From the NCBI GenBank assembly GCA_951406725.2, contig OX597814.1, positions 10,664,001-10,728,000 on the forward strand: a stretch of DNA of 64,000 nt, given 5' to 3'. The notes under the pieces are model-generated. The model made no database searches, was not told where the DNA came from, and saw only the letters and a list, made by a program, of their open reading frames with translations. The stretch comes from Octopus vulgaris (lineage: Eukaryota). Every line of letters starts with the position of its first letter. The first letter of the stretch is position 1. The position numbers and the translations under genes were made by a program. This document shows positions 17,465-31,583 of this stretch, piece by piece.

Positions 17465-17851
17465 TTGGGTTGTCCGGAAAGTTTGTGCCGATTTATAGTA
17501 GCTTACATTTCGACTTATTTTAGAACATAGTTGAGTCCATAAAGTAGGATTTGACTACACCTCCATTCAGAGCACAGTTTAAGCTATCTTTTCATGTAAG
17601 AAAGTTTATGTTCCTACAACCTGTGTTAATTCTGTAACCCTTTAAAATAGAAGATAAGAAAGTTCATCTTCGGCACTTGATGCTTTGGGAACCAGACAAA
17701 AATTGCTGCAGCTCGGCTGGGATGTGTTACCCCACCCTCAATATTCACCAGATATTGCTTCTTCGGATTTCTACTTATTCAGGTAACTGCAGAATAGTCT
17801 TAATGGTAAAAATTTCAAGTCCTTGGATGACGTAAAAAGATACCTTGATGA
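17465..17851 (+). mobile_element. internally deleted mariner element
   Basis: TA|ttgggttgtccggaaagtttgtgccgattt TIR. N-terminal EDKKVHLRHLMLWE is joined directly to C-terminal QKLLQLGWDVLPHPQYSPDIASSDFYLFR*LQNSLNGKNF (YSPDLAP-like motif). Confidence 0.88.
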
Positions 17852-18583
17852 ACGAAAAAATCGGCCTAAATTATGTAGTACAAACTCCTAAATTCTCCGA
17901 GGGACCTATAGATTAGAATATATTTCAAAATATAATTAAACAGGTCAGCAGCAATTTTTTTTAACCTCTTAATACAGGGACTAAGAGCAACAGCCATGAC
18001 ACATTTTTCAAGGCAACCTACACAAGTGGAGGGAAAGGGACGAAGTTAACCTCATGCTGAAAACCTTGGCTGAATGCTTACAACACAATGTTTTCCAATA
18101 AAGGCATCCAAGATGATGGAACTAAATCGGGTGATTGATTAAATCCACGAATCAAGAATCAGAACAAACAGGACGAGAACAAAAATCGCCAACCATATTG
18201 TGTTAAGCTCTTAAAGTTCCATCACTCTGCCATTCTAGACTGATACTCTATTTTTCGACCCCGAACAGAAGAAAGACAGAAGTGATTGCGGAAGAATGTG
18301 AGTGCAGAGTAGAGAGTCTAAACACTACAATAAGGCATTTTCTCCTTGGTCTAATGGTTCTTCCCAATTTTCGTACACAATTATATGAGTAAAAACTAAC
18401 TCATTTGTCTGTCGGATACACACATACAGATACTTAGGGGTTGTGTGTCAGTGTATGAATGTGTGTGTGGGGTGGTGCATACTGCCGGATAAACAAACAT
18501 AGACAGATGTATATGTTTGTTTTATATTTTACATATACATATTTTAGTGACAGATAGATAGATAGACAGCTAGCTAGCTAACT

Positions 18584-18731
<148 letters not shown>

Positions 18732-20834
18732 TAAGATGCTAGACATTTCGCGGGTAACACCCCAGTTTATTTTAACTCACAAGTTGATATTTCTTATAAT
18801 TCACTTCTCACTATTTTATCATGTAAGTAATAATAAAGTAAGCTGTTACCATGATGTGAAGTCTACTTTATACAGATTCTCAATATCCCCAACTATCTAT
18901 TAATCCTTTTCTGTGTAATACACAGCTATTCCGAGCGTTAGAAATTTAAGTAAGCTTAGAACTGCGATATAAGCCGCCAAAATATATACCTATAGTTAAT
19001 TACATTTTTGCTTGGTTTAAAAGTTCTTAAGGGCGAGGAGTTTAACGTAGATAAGAAAGAAGGAATCTTCGAAAGATGGAGAAATGTGTCTTGTAAAGCC
19101 GGAACCGTGGAGAAATGTGTCTTGTAAAACTGTGGAAACATTAAGAGTCACAAAGTGGTTTCCATAAGGCGCTTAAAGAAACGCTTTTACGAATATATCA
19201 GCTCCAACTTCTTACTAAGCAAGCGGATTTAAATTTCCACGAAAGATAAGAACGAGCCAGAGCTTCCTGTATAAAGGAAGAAATCTCTGTTTTCTGCTGT
19301 ATTGAGATGAGTGCTCATTATGCAGGTTGTAATCTCAACATAACTGCACATTATCGTTTTGTCTAATGACTATTATACATACTTAGATATGTGTTTTCTC
19401 CATAGGTTTATACGATGTTGAGATGTACATGCATAACCTAAAAGTACCAGTAATACGAATTAACGTTATTAAGAACCGAAATTGGATCCTAATTTTAATT
19501 TAAATGAGGGATAAAACTAGCCCTCATTATTCACAATGAACACAGTAGCTAATTCACAGTGAGAGATTTCACAAACAACTCAACAACTTGTATGTATAAG
19601 ACCAATGTTGAGGCTGTTATACTTGATCCAAAATTAACTTTAATCACTGCATATTCATCATATTACTAACCTGAACTTGCTCCTGGCTTCACTAACTGAA
19701 AACTTAGTACTGTATATTTATTTTAGCTACCCCAAAAGAAGAGCGCGACCCCAAACTTGAAGCCAATGAGATTTGAACGAAGACACTAAAGAAACGTAAT
19801 TCGATACAGAAAGGCATTTTTTCCACCATGCAACCGAATCTATCATTCAATACCCCTTGCATAACAAATTCCGTTAGTTTGCCTATCAGAGACTATTCCT
19901 AATTCAACAATGTGATAAGAAATGTGTAACAAATCAGTGTGAAAATGCTTAAACAGATTTACACTTTAATTATGAGGTGCAAAGAAAAAGTCATTAGATA
20001 ATAGGTAAATGAGTAATAAAATTTATTCAAGATCGCTTACATAATATATTTACTTAATTAAATGCAACATAAATCTACACATTGAATTTTAAAAAATGAA
20101 TGATGAACCGGCTCTTAGATTTCATTAGCGCAAAGCATCTTTCTGTCCCTTATACTTCATATCCAAGTACTGACGGCCATGATCAAAGCAGATGCGTTGG
20201 GTAAGAAACAGTCCACACTCTTCTGTTGGTTAATCCAATACAAATTATAGCGCTGTAAGGCTGTCTTTACTAGCACTCACTCTTTCTCTTACGCTCTCTT
20301 CTTAATTGTAGCTATCTTCCTAGTAAGCATTTTATTTATTTCTAATTCTTACAATTCATTCTAGTCGTCCATTAGTGACTCACTGGCTATTTAAAACACT
20401 GCAAACTTCATACATTTCCAAGAGGAGATGGGCTTTCCTTACTAAGCTCTGCTCATCTTTTGTTGACTGCATCGTTTATTTTCTTCTTGAATGTCTTAGC
20501 CACTCCCATTCATTGTTCATACCTTTGTCAATGTCCCCAAACGAAGGAATGAGCTAGTGTTGGTAGCTATAAATGGAAACCTATCGTTCAGTTTCTACCA
20601 TTAAAAAGAAAGCATTTATATCGCTATCCTTAAAGTCTCAACCAGTAAAGAGACTGGGAGAGCTTTGGGAACGAATTTTCGAATATAAATTTTAGGAATA
20701 TTAGCAATAACAGCGATGATGAAGGTGATAATGCTTCGGTGATGTTGGGGTGATGAAGATGACGACGATGGGACTAATTATATGAATGCCATTTGCTTTA
20801 TGCATAGAAAAAAGGCAACAAAAATTGAGAGGAG

Positions 20835-21350
20835 AAACTAGTCGATTACTTCAACGCCAGTAATTAAATGGTAGTTTGTTTTGATCGACCCCGAAATAAT
20901 GAAAGCAAAGTTGACCTCGACAAGGCCTGAGTACAGAACGTAAAAAGTTTAAAGAAGTACCGCAACTATAGTTAATAATTTTTTTCTATATTATTGCCAC
21001 AAGGTATTTAGAAAAGAGGACATTACAAGGACCAGTTTTGAAGTAATGAAGTAGTATTGGACCTTTTATTAACATTATAAAAATATTTCAGTAATGATTT
21101 TAATAACATTCAAGAGACAAAGAAGAAAATGAAGATAAAGTAGTAGAATAATAATCCTTCCTACTATAGGTACAAGGTCTGAAATTTTGTGGCGAGGGGC
21201 CATTCCATTACATCGACGCCAGTGCGCCACTCGTACATATTTTATCAACCCCGAAAGAGAAAGTTGGTCCCGGCGGAATTTTGAACTCAGAACACAAAGG
21301 CGGGCGAAATGCAGCAAAGTATTTTGACCGACGTTACTAACTAATCTGCC
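20835..21350 (-). mobile_element. two degenerate SINE family 1 copies (20835-20970, 21155-21350)
   Basis: tcgaccccgaaa...gaaag...cggcggaattttgaactcagaac. Confidence 0.75.
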
Positions 21351-21354
21351 AAGA

Positions 21355-22271
21355 ATATGATGGTGGTGGTGGTTGTGGTGGTGGTGGTGGTTTTGGTTGT
21401 GGTGGTGGTTGTGGTTGTGGTGGTGGTTGTGGTAGTGGTGGTGGTTTTGGTTGTGGTGGTGGTTGTGGTTGTGGTGGTGGTGGTGGTGGTGGTGGTGGTG
21501 GTGGTGGTGGTGGTGGTGGTGGTGGTGGTGATGGTGGTGGTGGTTGTGGTGGTGGTGGTTGTGGTGGTCGTGGTCGTGGCGGTGATGACGACGACGATGA
21601 TGGTGATGATGAGGAGGAGGAAAATAAGGACGAAAGCAACAATGACGGTGGAAACGACGACGACGATGACGACGACGACGACGATGATGATGATGATGAT
21701 GATGATGATGATAAGGACGACTACAACGACGATGTGAAACTAAAATGGTAGACACTCACTAGAAATAAAACAGCAACAAGAAATTCAGTTGAGTTCGATC
21801 ACTGCTCACGTCGCATTATATCTCCAGATTTTAAAAGAGAAATTATAAAGATAAACCTTAACAAAAATCCTCAAGCAAAAGTTTTCAAAATGTCATTGTG
21901 CTACACGGCAAAAACCAACAGAAGAAGCAGCATCGAAAGCACCCCTACCACCACCACCACCACCACCACCACTACCATCATTATCATCATAGTCATCGTC
22001 GATAAAGCCAATAAAATTTATAATGAAAATATTTAGAGGAGATGGAAGTGAGGCGCGGGGGGGGGGGAATGTACAGTAACACTGAAAACAATAGGATGAG
22101 GAGGTCGAGGGCGATGATCGGGAAAAGCAAACTCAGTAATACAATCATTAAAAAAAACAACTCAGCTAGCAATATAACAACAACAACAACAATAATAATA
22201 TTTATTATCAACAGCAGCAGCAAAATCATCCTCATCGCTACCATCGTCGTCATCGCTATCCATTCGTTTCG

Positions 22272-22317
<46 letters not shown>

Positions 22318-22419
22318 TATCATCATCATCATCACCATCTTCACCATGACCATCATCATCCTCGTCGCCGTCTTCGCCGTCGACATCATTGCCGTTGTCG
22401 TTGTCGTCGTCGTCCTCGC

Positions 22420-22481
<62 letters not shown>

Positions 22482-22553
22482 CCATCTTCACCATGACCAT
22501 CATCATCCTCGTCGCCGTCTTCGCCGTCGACATCATTGCCGTTGTCGTTGTCG

Positions 22554-22584
<31 letters not shown>

Positions 22585-22747
22585 CGTCATCGTCATCATC
22601 ATCATCATCATCACTAGTGGCAGCACAGTAAGATTCAATTCATATCAAAAGTTTAAAAAAATACGTGAATAACAACCAAAAACAAAATGAACGATACCTG
22701 AAAAACAGAGGAAGACGAAAGTAGTGACTGGAAAATCATTGGAAAAA

Positions 22748-22807
<60 letters not shown>

Positions 22808-23220
22808 CAATAGTGGTGATGGTGGCAGTGGTGGTCGCTGTGATAAAACAATTGAAAATATTGTTCAATCGACAAGTGACATATTTATTTATTGGCAGCA
22901 GTTGCAGTAGAGGAGTGGCTGTATAAGGAGGAGTAAGAGGAGGTGGATGAAGACTGATATGGGGAGGGGTTTAGAAGAAGGTGAAGAAGAAAGAAAAGAA
23001 GAAGAATTAAAAGAAGAAGAAGAAGAAGAAGAAGAAGAAGAAGAAAAATAAGAAAAAGAATGAGGAGGAGAAGGTGAAGAAGAAGGGAAGATGAAGAAGA
23101 AAAAGAAGAAGGAGTAGGAGGAAGAGGAGAAGAAGAAGAACAACAACAACAACAACAAAAAGAAGAAGAAATGAAAATGTTCATGATGATGACGTCGACA
23201 ACGGTGACGATGACAACCAG
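21355..23220. repeat. compound trinucleotide tracts (GGT, GAT/CAT, TAG, GAA) with an internal ~140-bp duplication at 22320-22610
   Basis: Visible directly; the source of the poly-H/P/V/M ORFs. Confidence 0.95.
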
Positions 23221-24115
23221 CCACAGAATGAGAACAATGGAATCAACAATAAATAAGAAAAAGACTATATTCACGCAAATATATATACATATATATGTAT
23301 ATACACTCACATACACACACACATATTCTCATGATATATAACTATACACAGATATTTAATTAACTCATCAAACAAATGATCGATTAGTTAATTGATTAAA
23401 TATTTAATCAACGGGCTAATTATAAAGAAGTGGAATTGAACTGGCGCGTATGTTATTATTAAGGGTATAATGACCCACCCATGACATAAAAAAATGTACA
23501 TAGGTGCATACATAGATATGTCTTTCTGTCTATATATGTCTATATCAGTGTGTTTACGTGTGTGTATATATATGTATGTTTACATACCTACATGTGTGTT
23601 TGTGTGTGTGTGTGTAAGAAAAAGGATCACTTTGAACAAAAGATTATCTTATGAAATTCATTAACAGCTGATTCCACTATAGGATGCGATGAACTCATGT
23701 TTGAGTGCTTGAGTAATACCTTATAACTCATAGTTTCATCACAGCCTCAAAGTATTCGGATATCGTGGACTTCTTTCAGGCATTAGGCTGCAGCATACAG
23801 GGGCTTCACCATTAAAGTGTTTTTTCGCACATATCGACCCTAGTACTTATTTCTATCTTTACTTTAATCCAGGTATGTATTACATTCGACACTTTTGCCC
23901 AACCGCCAAGTTACGGGGACGTAAACACAGCAACAATGTTTATCAACCGGTGGAGGATGACAAGCTCAAACACAGACACACGCTAAGATTCACTTTCACA
24001 CACCACACAAATATACACACACTCACACATACAGACGCACAACACACACATACGTATGTATATATACGGTGGACCTTTTACAGTTCGTGTCTATCAAAAT
24101 CAGATATAAATATAG

Positions 24116-24345
24116 AGGCGGTAAGCTGGCAGAAACGCTAGCACGCCGGGCGAAATGCTTACTAGTATTTCGTCTGCCGTTACGTTCAGAGTTCAAATCC
24201 GCCGAGGTCGACTTTCCCTTTCATCCTTTCGGGGTCGATAAATTAAGTACCAGTTTCGCACTGGAGTCGATGTAATCGACTTAATCCCTTTGTCTGTCCT
24301 TGCTTGTCCCCTCAGTGTTTGGCCCCTTGTGGGCAGTAAGGAAAT
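24116..24345 (+). mobile_element. SINE family 1
   Basis: Full-length match to 4318-4550. Confidence 0.92.
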
Positions 24346-24363
24346 ATATATATATATATATAC

Positions 24364-24643
24364 AATTTCTTGCTTGTATTTGTAATTGTGTAACATCCCT
24401 GTTTTTTGCCTTTGTTGTCGTACACATTTGCTTGCTTTCTTTCAAGACCTTTAATGCTCTTAGCTTAGATTTTCTCAAGTGTAACTACCCGAAACTGTAA
24501 AGATAATTTGGTAACTTAACTGACGAGAGGTGGCTGAGAATGAATCGTCTTTGTTTTTTCCTATCCGTCTTCGCATCGTCTATCTGCCTGGATATTTTGC
24601 TGTCGTCTGTTGCGTTCGTGCTCCATTTGTGAATTCTTCCCCA
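24364..24643 (+). mobile_element. (TA)n-tailed mini-element family F1
   Basis: Homology to 1203-1560; (TA)n on both sides. Confidence 0.75.
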
Positions 24644-24644
24644 A

Positions 24645-24684
<40 letters not shown>

Positions 24685-24693
24685 CATATACAC

Positions 24694-24744
<51 letters not shown>

Positions 24745-24779
24745 CATACATATACACATATATATATATACATGTATAT

Positions 24780-25183
24780 AAACATAGTTTATATTTATAT
24801 AAAAGAAGAAAAAGAAAATGGAGATTGCGAAGTTAATAATTGTATATTAACAACATCAAATCAACCATTATACCTTACAGCTGTTTCAATTACTATTCAG
24901 TAAATATTAAGTAAATATTACGTCTACATGACCTGAACATAATATATTCAGTCTGCTGTAATGAATCCATAAACACGTATAAAACAACCAAGGATATATT
25001 TTTTCCCTTCTGAATATATTACGCTCAGGTCATATAAATTTAATATTTACTTAATATTCATTTAGTATTAATGGAAACAGCTGTAAGGGATGATGAATTT
25101 TTTTTGTTAATGATAAACAGTTATGAAACTTCCCAATCTCGATTTTCTTTTTCTTCTTTTCTATGAATATAAAGTACATGTTT
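24780..25183. repeat. diverged inverted repeat, ~172-bp arms (24780-24951 / 25010-25183)
   Basis: For example ccttacagctgtttc vs gaaacagctgtaagg and aatattaagtaaatatta vs taatatttacttaatatt, with many substitutions elsewhere. Confidence 0.9.
25005..25090 (+). ncRNA. degenerate hammerhead-like motif (mirror copy ~24872-24951, minus)
   Basis: ccctt-CTGAATA-tatta...taatg-GAAAC-agct-GTA-aggga; core G8 is changed to T. Confidence 0.55.
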
Positions 25184-25427
25184 TTACATATATATACCTA
25201 TTATTTTAAGGAAATTGATTCCCCCCAAAATACTAGGTATTGAACCAGTATTTCCTTGAGTGAAACCATCCTTTCATGAAGCAAACACAGCTTTTAATCG
25301 TATATATTTACATATATATACATACGATATATATATATATATATATATATATTCTCTCTTTTTTTTCTCTCTAGTTTCAGCTCAGAGCTGCGGCCATGCT
25401 GATGCACCACCGTTTTGTGCTACACTG

Positions 25428-25705
25428 TTATTGCGAAGAACCTCGCCTAATATGTGGCACTGGGTGAAGTATGGAGTTTGATATAGCTACTCTCATTTGC
25501 ACCTCTTGCCGTGAGGTAGGTTCATCTGGGACTCTTGACAGGAAGATGTCCAGCTTTGATTTAAAAACCGCTACATCTACTTTGTGCAAGTTCCTCAGAC
25601 TCTTTGGGAGAATATTAAAAAGCTGTGGGCCCTTGAAACCCAGGCTGTTGCAGAAGCTGGTCCTGAAGCGTGATGGCATTGCTGGGATCTTTTGCACTAT
25701 GCAGT
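25428..25705 (-). pseudogene. C-terminal ORF2 fragment of a CR1/L2-like LINE
   Basis: GPQLFNILPKSLRNL...FKSKLDIFLSRVPDEP is a typical ORF2 C-terminus; the 5' end is truncated at (TA)n. Confidence 0.75.
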
Positions 25706-26650
25706 ATATATATATATATATATATTTATTTTTTACTTATTTACTTATACTGGTGTAGTTTTATACATACATATCTATCATTTATTTTTATTTAATTTTA
25801 ATAATATATGAATACATATATACTAGTTTGTACTTATAATTATGTGTATAACCGTATTTATTCCTTCGTATTTATTCCTTTTTATTTATTTTATCTCTTT
25901 TCATCTTAAGTCTTTATAATATAAAATTTATTTAAAATTTCTGTGATGTTCTCATAAGCGTTTACATTAATACTTCCCCTTCTATTCTTTAATGCCTAAA
26001 CTGGTATATTATGGCACTATATTTATTAAGTTAATAAGTGACTTATTTATAATATTTAAATTAATATATATTTTATATTTTATATTTTATAATTTAGCGT
26101 ACTTAAAATCATAACAAACTTACGATAAACCTAACAACCGTATGTTTACTCTGTAACAAACCGGTGTTATAAATTTTAAGTTACCCATGAAATAATTATC
26201 TGAATTAGTAACATACTGATATTTATAAATATATTTATATCTAAATTAAATATTTTATAGAATGCATGGATGGTTCTTTTTTTGTTATTGAGGCTCAGTT
26301 ATAATTTTGAAGGACTAAATGTTAGCATAGTTGCTTCCCTTTTTTGTTTATCTAAGTGCTAGTTGTTGCTTGTGATTGTGTATGTGTATAAGTGTATGTA
26401 TATACATATAACTATGTGTGTATGTGCGATTGATCTGTAGATGCGTGTGTGAATATTGGCGTTCCTTGACTAACCAACCGTATAATTTTCTTTTGTGATT
26501 TAAATTTCAAACCAATAGCCAATCGAATTAATCTAAATTTTCTTTACCTAGTGGTCAGCATTTCTTAACTCATAGTTATTTCGATCTTGAAAGGATGGAC
26601 TTGGTGCTAACTTAACTGTATCTATTTTTAGTATTTTTTTATTATTATTA

Positions 26651-26703
<53 letters not shown>

Positions 26704-27043
26704 AGTAATTTTTATTAACTTTTATAGCTTTAGAATTTTATGAACTGTACCACGGATTTAATTATTATTTTTCATCTCCATATGTGTTAGCCCTTTTTTT
26801 TATAAAAAAAACTATTAGCCAAATATGTATAATATCGGTACTTATTAATATTAATATATACACTGTTATATATTTTGTTTTATTTTGTTCTGTTTACCTT
26901 CCTTTTTGTACAAATGTGTATTATATTATATAAGTGTAGCATTATGATGTATAAGTTTTTATATTTTACATTTTTATATTTTTATATTTATATGTATATG
27001 ATTATATAATATTTTTCACTATTATAACAAATTTAATTTAATT

Positions 27044-27151
27044 CTCTGAAGAGACCGTGGGGCATCCTTGTTAATGCCTCATTTATACCTGCCTTTATGG
27101 CTTATAGGTTAAATGAGGTATGACTGTCCTCACTGCCGAAACAGCTGTCAG
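27044..27151 (+). ncRNA. type-I hammerhead ribozyme motif with long stem II
   Basis: ct-CTGAAGA-gaccgtgggg...(cctcattta..taaatgagg)...cctcactgcc-GAAAC-agct-GTC-ag. Stem I is only about 2 bp. Confidence 0.7.
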
Positions 27152-27527
27152 TTTTGATTTATTTGCATATTATATTTGAAATTTTTTACTTATATCTCTT
27201 TATCTTTTTACTTTTACTATTACTGTATATCTCATTTCATTTTATATATTGCCTTTACTCATATGTAATGGTGTATTAAAGTACGGATTGAGTATCATCG
27301 GATAGTTGATGTTTTACTGATTTAAGTATGTTTCTCCATTCTCTAATTTTGTAGTATTAATTTACGGTAATATTATTACCTTTACCCATTTAATACAATA
27401 GATGAACTGATTGCTTGACAATTTTTAACATCTATGTATTAATTTTGTTGGGTACCTATCTAGCAGTATATTGGATATATATTATCCCATGGTGGGTTGA
27501 ATTTTCAACCCCTATCTCATTTTATAA

Positions 27528-27581
<54 letters not shown>

Positions 27582-27624
27582 ATATATATATACGATATAT
27601 ATATAAACGATATATATGTATACG

Positions 27625-27670
<46 letters not shown>

Positions 27671-27673
<3 letters not shown>

Positions 27674-27875
27674 CGCTATGCTGGACCACTGAACTCTGCA
27701 CAGGTTTTCTTTCTCAGTTTTGGTTTTCACATTCTTTTTCTTTTCCTCTTCCTCCCTCCTGTCGAAGGCCGTAGGCTCGAAACGTAAAAGACTTTTCTGA
27801 TTCTCCCGAGCGTTAAACTAATACACCTGCTTGATGTTCCTACACTTGTATTCGTCTTGTTTTCTATAAATTTAA

Positions 27876-27878
<3 letters not shown>
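27671..27878 (+). mobile_element. (TA)n-tailed mini-element family F2 (others at 1717-1945 +, 2380-2575 +, related 27930-28128 -)
   Basis: Shared ctgt.gaag..cgta.gctcgaaacgtaaa...gagc....actaatac...cacctgtcttcgtc, followed by (TA)n. Confidence 0.8.
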
Positions 27879-27933
<55 letters not shown>

Positions 27934-28028
27934 ATCCAAACATGAAAACACAAGGAGAAAACAACAACGCGAGGACGTGGAACAAGTATAATTTTATTGG
28001 ACGCCCAGGAAGGAAGGAAAGAAGGAGG

Positions 28029-28063
28029 GTTTAACGTTTCGCGCGGAGCTCTTCGTCAGAAAC
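28029..28063 (-). ncRNA. ultra-minimal hammerhead-like motif
   Basis: gttt-CTGACGA-agagctccgcgc-GAAAC-GTT-aaac. Stem I is gttt/aaac and stem III is reduced to the AACGTT palindrome. Confidence 0.6.
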
Positions 28064-28169
28064 ATAGGAAAAGGAAAAGGAAAGATCCAAAGAAGGGAAG
28101 ACCGAGGGAAAAAAATCTCCAACGGTACATATACATATATACATATATATGTATATATATACATACATA

Positions 28170-28253
<84 letters not shown>

Positions 28254-28254
28254 C

Positions 28255-28311
<57 letters not shown>

Positions 28312-28385
28312 ATATGCTTGTTGTGGAAGCCGCGCCTATAACGAAAGGGACGATTGTTATGTGTTTCTTACATTCTGTTATCTTT

Positions 28386-28427
<42 letters not shown>

Positions 28428-28765
28428 TCCTTTATTACTCTAAATAGGATCAGAATCCCTTAAACAAATAAGGCCAGGAGATGAGTGGGCAGAGGTAAGA
28501 ACTGAAATATAGAGAGAAACGTTTGACAATGATGACGATGCTTATATCACTAATTTTTTGCCCGAAGGATCAGAATATCTTAGTTCGAAGCTTATTATGT
28601 ACTTCGGCTTTGATGAAGCGAAAGAAATAGCCGATGTCATTTGTGAATAGAAAAATTAATATTTTTGCTCATATATATATATATATATATCAGTGCATTC
28701 AACCAACCGCTTGTACACACTCGTCTCATGCTCTATGTATGTATGTATGTATGTATGTATGTATG

Positions 28766-28818
<53 letters not shown>

Positions 28819-28851
28819 GTCTGTCTGTCTGTCTTTCTGTCTGTATGTCTA

Positions 28852-28984
<133 letters not shown>

Positions 28985-29029
28985 CTGTCTGTCTGTCTTT
29001 CTGTCTGTATGTCTATCTAACTGTCTGTG

Positions 29030-29152
<123 letters not shown>

Positions 29153-29224
29153 GTCTGTCTGTTTATCTGTCAAGCTGTCTGTCTGTCTGTCGGTCGGTCA
29201 GTCTGTGTGATTAATTATACTGTC

Positions 29225-29258
<34 letters not shown>

Positions 29259-29654
29259 CGCGTGTGTGTGTGTGTGTTTGTGTTTGTGCGTGTGTTTGTG
29301 TGCACGTGCTTCTACACGCGCCAGTAATTTTTATGTTTATTTAAATATATTTTAAGATTTCGGATGAAGTGCTTCAAAACTTGAATTAAAGCATAAAAAC
29401 AGAAAGACATATAAACACAAAGGCACTGTCAATGACACTCATGCATATATCCACACATCCACACATCCATGAAACCGTATATACTTTCATCCACATATCC
29501 ACACACACACACGTACACACACACATATCCTCGCATAATTTTGATACACAAATACAAGAATATATAATATATACTTACTTATACATATGTACATGCATAT
29601 AAGCTTATATATATACATGCATGCATCCATATTTCCACACACACACACACACAC

Positions 29655-29699
<45 letters not shown>

Positions 29700-31228
29700 G
29701 CAAACAAAAAGCAACGAACGATTAAAAGAAACTAAGATGAAGAATATATATGTATATCTTCTTTCCCTTCTTTATCTTCTTCATTTCTTTCTTTTCCTTC
29801 ATTTTGTCCTCCTCCACTTTCTTCCTTATGTTGTTCTTGTTCTTTGTCTTCTTTTTCTTCCTTCTCTCCTTCTGCTTTACTTTTAACAAAGGACGTTCGA
29901 AAGCAACAAAAATATTAAAATATATAAACAACACAGAAATATTAAATGCTAAAGGAACAAATAGCATAAACGACATAAAATAAAAACAAACCAACCCAAT
30001 AAATAACAAAGCATGCAAAATAACAATACACACACACATACACACACTCACACACATCTTTATATATATACATATGATAAAAATAATAAGAAAACAAATT
30101 AATAAAATTCCCCAAAAATCAAAAGTGTGTATAAATTATTTGTTAGATTAAAGATGATGTCTTTACTATTGAAGATTGTCTGAGGCATCAGGCAGATTTA
30201 GGATATAAACAACTAATCCTATCATAGCAATCAGATTTGCTGCTATGAAATATGTTTCATGGGTGTAGAAAAAAAAAAGCAAATTGAACCTAATAAAATA
30301 AACGGAACTGAAACACGCATACATACACAAAGACACACATTCACAAATACAACTCACACTCACACATGTATATGTATACACACACACACACACACATGTA
30401 TATATATATATATATATATATATAATGTAAGGTATAGAATTAGTATATGACAATGATGTTGATGAGGATAATAATGTTGGTTCCAAGGATTAGCTAGAGT
30501 CCGTGGCAGGACAGCAGATGCTTTAATCACAGTGTTTTTATTTAACATGTAGAACTATATACATACACGCATATAGACATGCATACATATTTCTATGTTT
30601 ATCTATGTATGCATATATTTATGTGTCTGTGTGTATGAGTGTGTGTATTTGTTTTTTTTTTGTGTATGCACATTTCTCTGCAATCTGCCTGTGTCCATTA
30701 AATATTTGGTAAATTAATATTCCTTGACCCTTGTGGAAAATAATTTTCAATAACGTTAATTATTTTCCTTCTCAATTCCACTACAGAATCTATCGACTGA
30801 CACAGGCAGCTGCATTTCCTCCTGCAACTATGAAGACCCTTGCCAGCCATTGACTGTACAGTATTTACAATAAGGAACATTTCTGGGTTGTAATTGACAG
30901 AAGTAAACACTGGAAAGTGGGATCTGTTCTGCTTACTTTTCAGGTTCATGTTATCCTGATAAATGAGCCCAAATTCCTGTGGATATGCTAGTGTAAACGA
31001 TGCAAAGCGGTTCCTCAACTTCTCGAAGAATTCAAGCCAGCAGCTTCATCCATGCTACAGATCCAGTTTGCATCATCTTCTGTATAACATCTCCGACAGA
31101 ATAATACAGATACAAAACCGATTCTCTGGAAATTTTGGTTCCAAATCATTTCAAGAATATTCATTTTTCCGAACTAGGTTTTCACTTTGGTCAACACACA
31201 CTGAATTAAACAATTATGAAAAATTTAA

Positions 31229-31583
31229 TAGCGTGGCTGTGTAGTAAGAAGCTTGCTTCCCAACCCCATGGTTCCCGGTTCAGTTCCACTGCGTGATACT
31301 TTGGGCCGACCAAAGCCTTGTGAGTGAATTTCGTAGACGAAAATTGAAAGAAACCCGTCGTATGTGTGTGTATGTTTTGTGTCTGTGTTTGTCCTTCCAT
31401 TACCGCTTGACAACTGGTGTTGGTGTGTTTACATCCCCGTAAGTTAGCGGTTCGGCAAAAATTTCTGAAAGAATAAATACTAAGTTTAATTTAATAAGTT
31501 TTGATTTCGATTTGTTCGACTAAAACCTTTCAAGGCGGTGCTCCAGCATGGCTGCAATCTAATGACAGAAACAAGTAAAAGAA
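31229..31583 (+). mobile_element. SINE family 2, tail interrupted by a palindromic insertion
   Basis: gcgtggctgtgtagtaag...ggcggtgctccagcatggc...gaaacaagtaaaag. Confidence 0.9.

Noticed and set aside
30698-31200. Possible hAT transposase C-terminal relic
   Set aside because: Only a vague resemblance; no diagnostic motif or TIR was found.
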